NCBI GenBank assembly: GCA_043818215.1
Contig: JBDRGC010000127.1
Coordinates: forward strand, 12,832 to 76,831
Reading direction: 5' to 3'
From: Chloroflexota bacterium
Lineage (GTDB): Bacteria > Chloroflexota > Anaerolineae > Anaerolineales > UBA11858
Length of the DNA stretch: 64,000 nt
This document shows positions 56,845 through 64,000 of the stretch, piece by piece. Every line of letters starts with the position of its first letter. The stretch's first letter is position 1. The notes below the pieces were generated by a model, which was given only the letters and a program-made list of their open reading frames with translations, was not told the origin of the DNA and did no database searches. The position numbers were made by a program, and so were the translations under genes.

Positions 56845-56950
56845 TGAGACGTGACGCAGTCCCCGAAGCTTAGCGGAGTGGGAAACGTGATGGGTGAGTT
56901 CACTCTCCACGTTTCACGTTTTACGCATCACGTTTCACGCTTCACGCCTC
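56845..56950. repeat. 45-bp conserved element followed by inverted ACGTGAA/CACGTTT heptamer words
   Basis: 56845-56898 resembles 43358-43420. The words can be read directly between the two CoA-transferase genes. Confidence 0.75.
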
Positions 56951-57910
56951 AGGCACCATATCTCTAAGTTCTTGTAGCCGTTCCTTGCCGATCAAATCCA
57001 GATATTCCTGGTGGTCAGCGACCTTGTGGATATACTTGTCAAGATAGGCTTGCGTATCCTCCACGGTTTTAGAGGCCTCCACCCAGGCTTTGATTTGGGC
57101 CTCGTCCCGCTCGTAGATATAACACATCTCGCCGGGGTGCGACCCGAAGGGGGCATGTATTACCGCGTCCACCAGGTAATAGGGAATCACGGTGCGATCG
57201 GGCTGCGAGCGGATAAAATCGGTGTCCACGATTTCCTCGGCGCTGATGATCAGCCGCTTGGAAGCCCGCGACATCTCGAATGCGAATCCGCTGATGCCGT
57301 CGATTTGGGCGTTGCCGTATTTATCGGCCCGGTGGACGTGGATCAATCCCACGTCGAGGATCAAGGCCGGCAGCAGTGCAATCGGGTCGCCAGTGAAAGG
57401 ACACTCGACTACCTTGGCGGCGCTGTATTTGAGGGTGTCGGTGCCCAGCATGGAGCGGACGGGGATGAAGGGCACGCCCATTGCGGCGGCCTTGAATCGC
57501 CAGGCAATCCCGGCGTTGCTCCAATCGACGCATTTGACGCGCCCGCTTTCCACCTCCCGCCGCAGGCAGTTGGAGATGCCGTAAACCTCCAATCCAATAT
57601 AGGTGTGGTCGAGTGCCTTGACCAGCCCGGCCCCCAGCAGGATGTCCAACTCGTAGACTCCCTGCCCGGCCACGCGCAGGTCTTTTTTCCCCTGGCGGAC
57701 GATCTCGTTGACCAGCGATTGCGGGCAGCGCACCGTGCCGTACAGTTCCGTGCCGATATAATCGCCATCGTGGACGAAGCGGCTGACGGCCTCGGCTTCG
57801 GTCATCATTTTGTCCACCAACCCCCTGGGCTTGTTGCGATTATGCTCGCGGAAGGCATTGACATCGGGCGGTTGAAGCATTTCGCCGATGCCGGATTGGA
57901 GTACTTTCAT
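56942..57910 (-). CDS. CoA-transferase subunit A
   Basis: EAVSRFVHDGDYIG...AGQGVYELD...VHVHRADKYGN is the pattern of family I CoA-transferase alpha subunits. ATG at 57910. Confidence 0.8.
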   Translation of the reverse strand: MKVLQSGIGEMLQPPDVNAFREHNRNKPRGLVDKMMTEAEAVSRFVHDGDYIGTELYGTVRCPQSLVNEIVRQGKKDLRVAGQGVYELDILLGAGLVKALDHTYIGLEVYGISNCLRREVESGRVKCVDWSNAGIAWRFKAAAMGVPFIPVRSMLGTDTLKYSAAKVVECPFTGDPIALLPALILDVGLIHVHRADKYGNAQIDGISGFAFEMSRASKRLIISAEEIVDTDFIRSQPDRTVIPYYLVDAVIHAPFGSHPGEMCYIYERDEAQIKAWVEASKTVEDTQAYLDKYIHKVADHQEYLDLIGKERLQELRDMVPEA

Positions 57911-57924
57911 GATCACGTCTCCTT

Positions 57925-57998
57925 GTTGGTAATTGGTAAATTGGTGATTGGTAGATTGGTAAATTGGTAATTGGTAAACTGGTGCTTGGTGGATTGGT
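57925..57998. repeat. octamer/heptamer array (TGGTAAAT/TGGTAATT/TGGTAGAT)
   Basis: Read directly, upstream (minus sense) of CoA-transferase A. Confidence 0.85.
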
Positions 57999-58183
57999 AT
58001 GCTCAGTATACTCCGCACGGTCAGTGTAAAGTCAATGTCATTAATTTTATCCATCGGCGGATTATAGCGCAGTATCCCCTTGCGGGATGAAACCGCCTGG
58101 AACATGTCAGAAAACCTTATTTTGCTCCTGTCGGATCCGTCCCTCAAGGGGATGCTGCGCGATGATCCGACAGACACCAACCC

Positions 58184-60661
58184 CTAACTTAATAACCTTG
58201 AGCATAAAGTGATCTCCAACTCACCAATCCGCTCGAACTCCACGGGGATACGATACCGGCCCTGACCGGCAGATTGGCAAGCAACCGGTTTCTGGTTTAA
58301 TACGACCTTGTCAGGGGGGCGCGGTAGAGCGACCTCTATCTCGCCCCGCGCTTTTCCCGGCCTCTCGAGGCGAACCCGGAGATTTGAGGGTGATTCTACC
58401 CATTGAGTGACTTCCAGCCCCTGAGAGATATGCAGGTCGCTCCCCAGGTACACCGCCCCCATCCGCCGCAGGGAAAGCAGCCGCACCCCGTGGGCCGGGA
58501 TTCCCCTCAGGGTCAGCACCCCTCCCCCAATCCGGGCAGTGGTTCCGTCCCAAAAGGAACGGGCAAAGTAATCCCCGTCGGGGTCGAGGTCGAATTTCTC
58601 CAAAGGCAGCCTCGCACCCGCAGGTTTATCATCCCAATTGAAAATTGCCAGCAAATGCCACACCCCGGTGACGTTTTCCAAATCCAATCGCAGCAGGCGC
58701 GGGGTGGCGGAGTCGAACCAATCGAGGACACGGGGTGACTCGCCAATCAGCGGTAGCAACTGCCCGGCGATGCGCAGACGATCCGGGGGCAGCTTGGGCA
58801 GGTCGTCGGAGAGCAGCACAGGGCCGCCGGTGAGGGCAATGGCCGTGGCAAGAGATCGAACTTCGTCCAGGGTGAGGTCTGAATCGGGGCGCAGCAACAG
58901 GCAGTCGGGGTCGTTGATCCACCAGCGGCGGTGGAATGGGGCGCGTGTGAGTATATTTTGGATGGCGTTGCGCACTGCGGGCATAGCCGGTTCATCTCGG
59001 AAACTGCCTTTGTGACCATGAAAGGCGGGCATCCAGTCGGGGGCCACATCGGCGCCGATACGCATGACGTCCACCAATCCGATGGCCGACCCCATCGGGC
59101 AGCCGCAGCCCAGCAGGGTGGTATCCGGCCCCGCGGCCTCCCGCAGTGCTTCCAGGCCGGTGCGCAAAACCTGGGCGCGGGTCTTGGTGCGGTCACGGTA
59201 GCGGCCGGGGAGCGCGGCGGCGTAGAGAAAATCGAGCTTGAGGTAGGAGTAGCCCCACTCGTGGGCTGCGGTGCGCACGACTTCGCGGGCATAATCGAGG
59301 GCCGGGGGGTGGGTCAGGTCGAGGGCGCGGTCGAATGCATTCCACACAAAACCGGCGTTGACTGGCAGCCGCCAGCGGTTGCGCAACAGCCAATCGGGAT
59401 GCTGGCGGGCCAGTTTCGATTTTGGGTGTACGATGAAAGGCGCCAGCCACAGGCCGGGCGTGAATCCCGCCGCTCGGATTTCGCCGGCCAGAGGAGCTAC
59501 CCCATCGGGGAAGCCGGGGGCGAAATCGAACCAATCGCCGATTTGAGCCTCGAAGCCATCGTCGATTTGGAAAAGCTGGAGGGGGATGGCCGGCCGCATC
59601 TCCGCAGCAGCCTGTAGGTTAGCGCGCATTTTGTCGGCGGTGATGTCTTGGAAGAAGTGATACCAGGAGCACCACCCTGCTGAAGACTGAAGATTGAAGA
59701 TTGAAGACTGAAGACCGAAGACTGAAGACTGAAGACTGAAGACTGAAGACTGGAGCCTATGTTCACGCGCTACAGCATTTAAATATGGGCCGAGGGGATC
59801 GGGGGCGTCGATGTTCACAAACTGGACAACGGCCCAGTCGGTACTCATTTGCGCGCCGGGGTCGAGGCGGGCATGATCGCCGTTGGCCCACAAACTCAGG
59901 GCCGGGTACACAGAGTCGCAGCGGGATTCGAGGGAGCCGAAGTGCTGCTTTTGGGAGAGGAAGCCCGCTAAGATACCGGTGCGGTGTTGGCGGTCTCCCA
60001 GCACGCCGAACATATCGCTGGCGAAGTGGCCGGCTTTTTTAGGGCGCGGCGTCCCGGCGTTGTACCACATCGGCGCGGCGATGAATCCCAGGCGTGTATT
60101 CCGGTAACTATCACCGGGGCCGAAAGCTCCCGTGTGAGACCAGGATTGCCAGCCGTTGGAGAAGAAAGCTATTTCCCCCAAGTCGGGGTGGGGGCGAATA
60201 GCCCCGTATCCGCTGGGAGGTGTATTTTTACGCAGGGAGACATATCCCGGTTCGGGCAGCAAAGTCTTCTTCGGGAAGAAGCCGGCTCGCAGAAGCACCA
60301 GGCGGTCGATTTCTACGGCGTGTTCCCCCTGATTTTCGATGCTCAGTTTCCACAGGAAAAGGGGGTGGTCTTCGGGTAAAGAAAATGTGAATGTATACCG
60401 CAATCCGTTTTTATCAGGGCCGATGGTGACGTGAAGCTGTGTCAGTGTTCCGTGGAGTGAGGGCATATTTTCGGGGCCGCGTATTTGGGGATTATGCCAT
60501 TGCTCCAAAGCCTGAAAGCGCTGCCGCCCGCGGCGATAGTGGACGCGCATCCACACATCTTCGAGAAAAGGGGACTCGCGGTTTGTCCCGTGCAAGCTCC
60601 AAGTAGCTTTGTCAGGGTTGATAATGAATTGGAGGTGGGGGGAAGTAAGTATAAAGGTCAT
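58184..60661 (-). CDS. GH36-family alpha-galactosidase (melibiase-like) with in-frame array insertion
   Basis: GWCSWYHF, QIDDGFE, YLKLDF, GCGCP and WINDPDC motifs. ATG at 60661 chosen, which removes the overlap with the next gene. Confidence 0.8.
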   Translation of the reverse strand: MTFILTSPHLQFIINPDKATWSLHGTNRESPFLEDVWMRVHYRRGRQRFQALEQWHNPQIRGPENMPSLHGTLTQLHVTIGPDKNGLRYTFTFSLPEDHPLFLWKLSIENQGEHAVEIDRLVLLRAGFFPKKTLLPEPGYVSLRKNTPPSGYGAIRPHPDLGEIAFFSNGWQSWSHTGAFGPGDSYRNTRLGFIAAPMWYNAGTPRPKKAGHFASDMFGVLGDRQHRTGILAGFLSQKQHFGSLESRCDSVYPALSLWANGDHARLDPGAQMSTDWAVVQFVNIDAPDPLGPYLNAVAREHRLQSSVFSLQSSVFGLQSSIFNLQSSAGWCSWYHFFQDITADKMRANLQAAAEMRPAIPLQLFQIDDGFEAQIGDWFDFAPGFPDGVAPLAGEIRAAGFTPGLWLAPFIVHPKSKLARQHPDWLLRNRWRLPVNAGFVWNAFDRALDLTHPPALDYAREVVRTAAHEWGYSYLKLDFLYAAALPGRYRDRTKTRAQVLRTGLEALREAAGPDTTLLGCGCPMGSAIGLVDVMRIGADVAPDWMPAFHGHKGSFRDEPAMPAVRNAIQNILTRAPFHRRWWINDPDCLLLRPDSDLTLDEVRSLATAIALTGGPVLLSDDLPKLPPDRLRIAGQLLPLIGESPRVLDWFDSATPRLLRLDLENVTGVWHLLAIFNWDDKPAGARLPLEKFDLDPDGDYFARSFWDGTTARIGGGVLTLRGIPAHGVRLLSLRRMGAVYLGSDLHISQGLEVTQWVESPSNLRVRLERPGKARGEIEVALPRPPDKVVLNQKPVACQSAGQGRYRIPVEFERIGELEITLCSRLLS
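59681..59754. repeat. in-CDS heptamer array (TGAAGAC on + strand, ~10 units)
   Basis: It encodes LQSSVFSLQSSVFGLQSSIFNLQSS directly before the catalytic-barrel motif GWCSWY. Confidence 0.9.
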
Positions 60662-60710
60662 GGGTTGGGGATGATCGCCGACGGACGACGGGTGACGGGC
60701 GACCGACGAC

Positions 60711-60811
60711 AAAGGTGCGACGCACTTACAATCAGTGCTCAAAAGTTGCGATTTGGCTTGATTTGACGCTGGTTGAGTGCATTGAAATGGTATAAAGTGC
60801 GTCGCACCTTC
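60711..60811. other. pair of inverted copies of the AGGTGCGACGCACTT motif separated by about 64 nt
   Basis: aaaggtgcgacgcactta (60711-60728) and taaagtgcgtcgcaccttc (60793-60811). This is the same core as at 24374-24413 and 33171-33190. Confidence 0.8.
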
Positions 60812-60857
60812 TGCCGATTGATATTGGCGGTCAGCGGTCAGCGGTCGGCAGTCGCTA

Positions 60858-61898
60858 TCAGCGGAGAACTTCACCCGTTTGTGCCAGCACCTCGAGTACT
60901 TTGTCGGCGATGGCGACGGTGGTGGAGCCGAGACCGCAGGCAGGGGTGATCAGGCTGCGAGACTCGAATTCAACGGGGTTGATGGACACTCCTCGGGCGG
61001 CAGCCTTATCGCAAATCAACGCCAACCCCGCGCGCAGTTGGTCGGCCAATCCCTGAGGGGTGACGGAGTGGATGTCTTCGTTGTTGGGCACGATGCCCCA
61101 GGCAACGATGCCGCCGCGGTCGAGGAATTTTCGCAGTTCCTCGGGATAGAGGGCCAGGTTGTCCAGGTATCCGTAGGCATCCAGGTTGAGAATGTCCAAC
61201 TGAGTAGCCAGCAGCACCGACCAATCGGTGTTGGCGCAGCAGTGTACACCGGTCAGAGCGTCCTCGGCGTGGATGGCTTCGAAGACTTCGTCCATCATGG
61301 CGATAGCTTGCTCGCGGCTCAGGCTGATAAAGGCCGAACCGAAGGATGCCATGTAGGGTTCGTCAACGAACATGATGATATTGGGGCGCACACTGCGGAG
61401 CTGCTGGATTTGCCAGCGAGCGTTCAGGGCCATATTTTTGACGATGGTGTCGGCCAGAAGTTCGTTGTAGAGCACGGAGCGCAGGTCTTGATCGACGACA
61501 GTGAGGCCAAAGCTGATGGGGCCGGTGACCTGTCCTTTGACCCATTCGCCGGGGGTGGCACGCAACGTGTCCAGCATGGCGTAGAATCCGGCGGCGTACT
61601 CCGGGGTGAGACCAAAAGCATCGAAGTCTTCGTCCAGGTATTTCATGTAGAAAGTTTCTAATTCGGGGGTGAAGTCGCCGGTGGTATCGAAGGTGATCTT
61701 CTGGTTGACTTCATCCAGCACGGTGCGGGGCAGCGCGGCGCTATACTGCGTGTACATATTCTCGCGGAAACCGAGGCGCACCATCTGCGGCCAGGTAGGG
61801 ATGTCGATGGCAGCGGCGATGCGCTGGCAGACTTCGACGGCGTCGGTATGCGGAAAGCTGCCGATGAGGGTTGTCAGGAAATTGGGTCGGAAGGTCAT
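60858..61898 (-). CDS. cobalamin-independent methionine-synthase-like (MetE C-terminal / URO-D superfamily) protein
   Basis: N-terminal TTLIGSFPHT and later HCCANTDW (metal ligands) resemble MetE-like methyltransferases. The substrate is unknown. Confidence 0.55.
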   Translation of the reverse strand: MTFRPNFLTTLIGSFPHTDAVEVCQRIAAAIDIPTWPQMVRLGFRENMYTQYSAALPRTVLDEVNQKITFDTTGDFTPELETFYMKYLDEDFDAFGLTPEYAAGFYAMLDTLRATPGEWVKGQVTGPISFGLTVVDQDLRSVLYNELLADTIVKNMALNARWQIQQLRSVRPNIIMFVDEPYMASFGSAFISLSREQAIAMMDEVFEAIHAEDALTGVHCCANTDWSVLLATQLDILNLDAYGYLDNLALYPEELRKFLDRGGIVAWGIVPNNEDIHSVTPQGLADQLRAGLALICDKAAARGVSINPVEFESRSLITPACGLGSTTVAIADKVLEVLAQTGEVLR

Positions 61899-62020
61899 AA
61901 AACTGCTCTCTCGTGGTATAATATTTCGGCGGGTGGCCAGTGGCGCAGCTATCCTTGACCGGACGCTCTCTCCCTGGCAGCAAGGCCCAACGCCGGCACA
62001 AAAGGGCCTCCCCGCTGGAA

Positions 62021-62503
62021 TTATTGGCCCGTGATCGGTATCAGCAGATCACGGGCTGTTATTATTCTATCAGCCCTGGCTATGCCTCTATATATTGCCA
62101 GGGCTTTTTTATATGCCGGCGATTTCTTTCCAACATATCCAAACGTGATATTTTCGGCGTCGTAATCAGGGTTGTCTCGCCATAGCAATGCCAACAGCAT
62201 GTTTTTGATGCTTTTCTCATGTCCAGTGTATTCTTTATCTATGACAACCCGTTCCCCTGGGGGTAATTCCCTGACCAGGTAATATAACGCCACAGCAAAG
62301 AGGCGCAGATGAACTCGTACACGCCGGCGTCCCCTGGGATGCGGGCGTAAAGCACGAATTGCCTCTCTCTTTTCCCTGGCAGGGATGCGGATCGTGTATT
62401 CTCTGCTGTTGCTCAAAGCCAGGGCGGTGTCGCCTGTGCTCTCGATCTTGTTACTTTGGTCTATTTGATAGGACAAACGGTCTGCCTCCCATCCTGTGCG
62501 CAT
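62021..62503 (-). CDS. hypothetical protein
   Basis: A 160-aa ORF, relatively AT-rich and basic, with no recognisable motifs. Confidence 0.3.
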   Translation of the reverse strand: MRTGWEADRLSYQIDQSNKIESTGDTALALSNSREYTIRIPAREKREAIRALRPHPRGRRRVRVHLRLFAVALYYLVRELPPGERVVIDKEYTGHEKSIKNMLLALLWRDNPDYDAENITFGYVGKKSPAYKKALAIYRGIARADRIITARDLLIPITGQ

Positions 62504-62512
62504 CCGACCTTT

Positions 62513-63775
62513 CTAGCAATGCAGCCTTCGCGCGGCCACAAACGACAACCCCCTCTCCGTCAACGCCCAGGCGGTCTTGTTGAGGGCATCGAATTTATCG
62601 AGGAAGTTTAGCTGTAAGGCGTCCCAATGGCCGGTTTCGATGATCTCATCTTTGGCCCGGAAATAGTCGAGGATGTCGGAGGGATGCTCGCGGGTCTGGT
62701 CGATCTCGGGGTCGCCGCCTTCGTGCTTGGCAGAGATATTGGCAACATGGCCGGCGATTTCGAGCAATTCGTCGCGGCGGTTGTAGGGCTGGATGACGAT
62801 GCTCTTGTACGTTTCGACAATATGGTGTTCGAAGCGCACAACATCTTCAAAGCCCCAGTCTTTGCGGAATTGGGCGGTGATCTCCATGGTTTCGTTGTTG
62901 ATCGAGTTGGCCCAGTTGAAGCCAATCAGCGGGGAGGTGCCGTCATCGCGGGCAAAGAGCTTGGCCCCAAGCAGAGTCCACAAAGCAGCGTAGGGATTGT
63001 CGTTACCCATATAGACCGAAATCTTGAATTCGATGTCCACACCAATGCGGTGAAGCATATAACTCAGCAGCACGGTGCCGGGGTTGATATTGAGCACCTG
63101 ATTGACGCCGTATTCGGTGTAATAATACAGGAATTCGTCGAGCCATTGAATGGCATGCCCATTGGGTTGACCCACACCGCCGAAGTAGCCAGTGATAGTT
63201 TCCGGGCCGCCGAGGTGGATATTGGAACCATCGGTGCCCTTGGTATCGAGGGTTTCCACGTAACTGGCTCCAACGATCTGCATGGCGGCAGCAAAAGCTG
63301 CCAGGTCGCCGTCGGCCTCCTGCTCTTTCATATTGCGGACGCGAATGAAGCGGCCTGGCATGAGCAAGCCTTCTGCAATGGCACGTTTGGCAATTTCGAT
63401 AAGATAAGGGAAGAATTGGCAGGCGCTGATCTCCAATGTGACTGCAAAATCGTCGGCAAAGGTCATCGTATCGGCTTTATCGCCGAGGACTTTGCGGCGA
63501 TACTCGTCCACGCTGATGAAGGCTCCCTTGTCGCGCTGCTCGGCCAGCCAGTCAAGGTCAGCGAGGTATTCGGGCTTGATGGCCTTCACACAGGCGAGCA
63601 GGGCAGACATTTCACGAGCTGCTTTGGCTTTAGCGTTGATCTCCTCGGGAGTGCCGTATTTGGCGACCACATCGAGAAAATCATTGATCACACGCGTATC
63701 GGGGTTTAGCAAGACGGCGTTGATGTCGTCGAGGCGGGAGGGGGGAATTTGTAGTAGTTTACGTAGGTCTGTCAT
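62513..63775 (-). CDS. conserved-looking hypothetical protein (420 aa), family not recognised
   Basis: A long ORF with a good coding pattern. The opposite-strand ORF 62627..63709 is judged a shadow. Confidence 0.4.
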   Translation of the reverse strand: MTDLRKLLQIPPSRLDDINAVLLNPDTRVINDFLDVVAKYGTPEEINAKAKAAREMSALLACVKAIKPEYLADLDWLAEQRDKGAFISVDEYRRKVLGDKADTMTFADDFAVTLEISACQFFPYLIEIAKRAIAEGLLMPGRFIRVRNMKEQEADGDLAAFAAAMQIVGASYVETLDTKGTDGSNIHLGGPETITGYFGGVGQPNGHAIQWLDEFLYYYTEYGVNQVLNINPGTVLLSYMLHRIGVDIEFKISVYMGNDNPYAALWTLLGAKLFARDDGTSPLIGFNWANSINNETMEITAQFRKDWGFEDVVRFEHHIVETYKSIVIQPYNRRDELLEIAGHVANISAKHEGGDPEIDQTREHPSDILDYFRAKDEIIETGHWDALQLNFLDKFDALNKTAWALTERGLSFVAARRLHC

Positions 63776-63796
63776 GGGTGGTCTCCTTTAGGTCAA

Positions 63797-63897
63797 GTGG
63801 CTAGGGACTAGGGGCTAGGGATCAGGTACTAGCCCTTATCCCTGGTTTCCTATTTTCCTAGTCCCTAGTTCCTAGTTCCTAGTTTCCTAATCACTAG
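63797..63897. repeat. inverted heptamer arrays (CTAGGGA/CTAGGGG then TTCCTAG)
   Basis: Read directly, between two minus-strand genes. Confidence 0.85.
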
Positions 63898-64000
63898 TCA
63901 ATCAAGTCCAACAAATCTTCGTACTCTTCATCCTTCATAGTGAACCAATTCTCGCGCTGCGGGAAAGTTTTGTCTTTCACTTCTGAAACGTATTCCTGCA
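63896..64000 (-). CDS. 3' end of an unidentified gene running off the window
   Basis: The open frame on the minus strand ends ...EEYEDLLDLID then TAG (CTA at 63896-63898). It is too short to classify. Confidence 0.25.

Noticed and set aside
57011-57970. 319-aa + strand ORF opposite CoA-transferase A
   Set aside because: Antisense shadow with biased G/V/D/H composition. The minus strand has clear family I CoA-transferase similarity.
62627-63709. 360-aa + strand ORF opposite the 420-aa unknown
   Set aside because: Its composition (G/V/D/A-rich, few K/E/Y) is typical of an antisense frame. The minus-strand ORF has a balanced composition and fits neighbouring gene orientation. This is somewhat uncertain because neither strand has recognised motifs.

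Overview
Most of the window (about 34-50,500, mainly + strand) is a cell-surface glycan biosynthesis and export locus. It encodes fcl, a Wzm/Wzt ABC exporter, a PseB-like 4,6-dehydratase, a NeuB-family nonulosonic-acid synthase and two CMP-sugar cytidylyltransferases. It also encodes GT2/GT4/GT-B-like/GT-C-like transferases, several SAM methyltransferases, an AAC(3)-type acetyltransferase, a WbaP-like initiating phosphotransferase, a CapD/PglF-like dehydratase and a FemAB-like transferase. The locus carries its own sulfation module: a sulfotransferase plus a fused Sat/CysC PAPS synthase. From about 52.6 kb the genes are on the minus strand: a single-chain type IIG restriction-modification enzyme, CoA-transferase A/B, a GH36 alpha-galactosidase, a MetE-like protein and two unknowns.

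Three unusual layers sit on top of this. (i) Nearly every intergenic gap is filled with 7- or 8-nt tandem 'word' arrays, commonly as two inverted arms, and the same arrays lie in frame inside at least five enzyme genes and form the 5' end of a sixth. (ii) About twelve toxin-antitoxin-like gene pairs are wedged between biosynthetic genes. (iii) Several insertions are bracketed by long direct duplications of the ends of the target genes. These are two tandem cassettes at codon 13 of the NeuA-like gene, a 1244-bp mosaic duplication around MNT/HEPN, and 114-bp and 252-bp repeats elsewhere. This suggests a recombination-driven cassette-acquisition process, with no recombinase visible in the window.

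No rRNA, tRNA or CRISPR array was recognised. Many starts were moved downstream of the ORF-track starts because the stop-free arrays artificially extend ORFs. The taxon cannot be determined from the sequence alone; the gene content and repeat habit are reminiscent of filamentous Chloroflexota or cyanobacteria.
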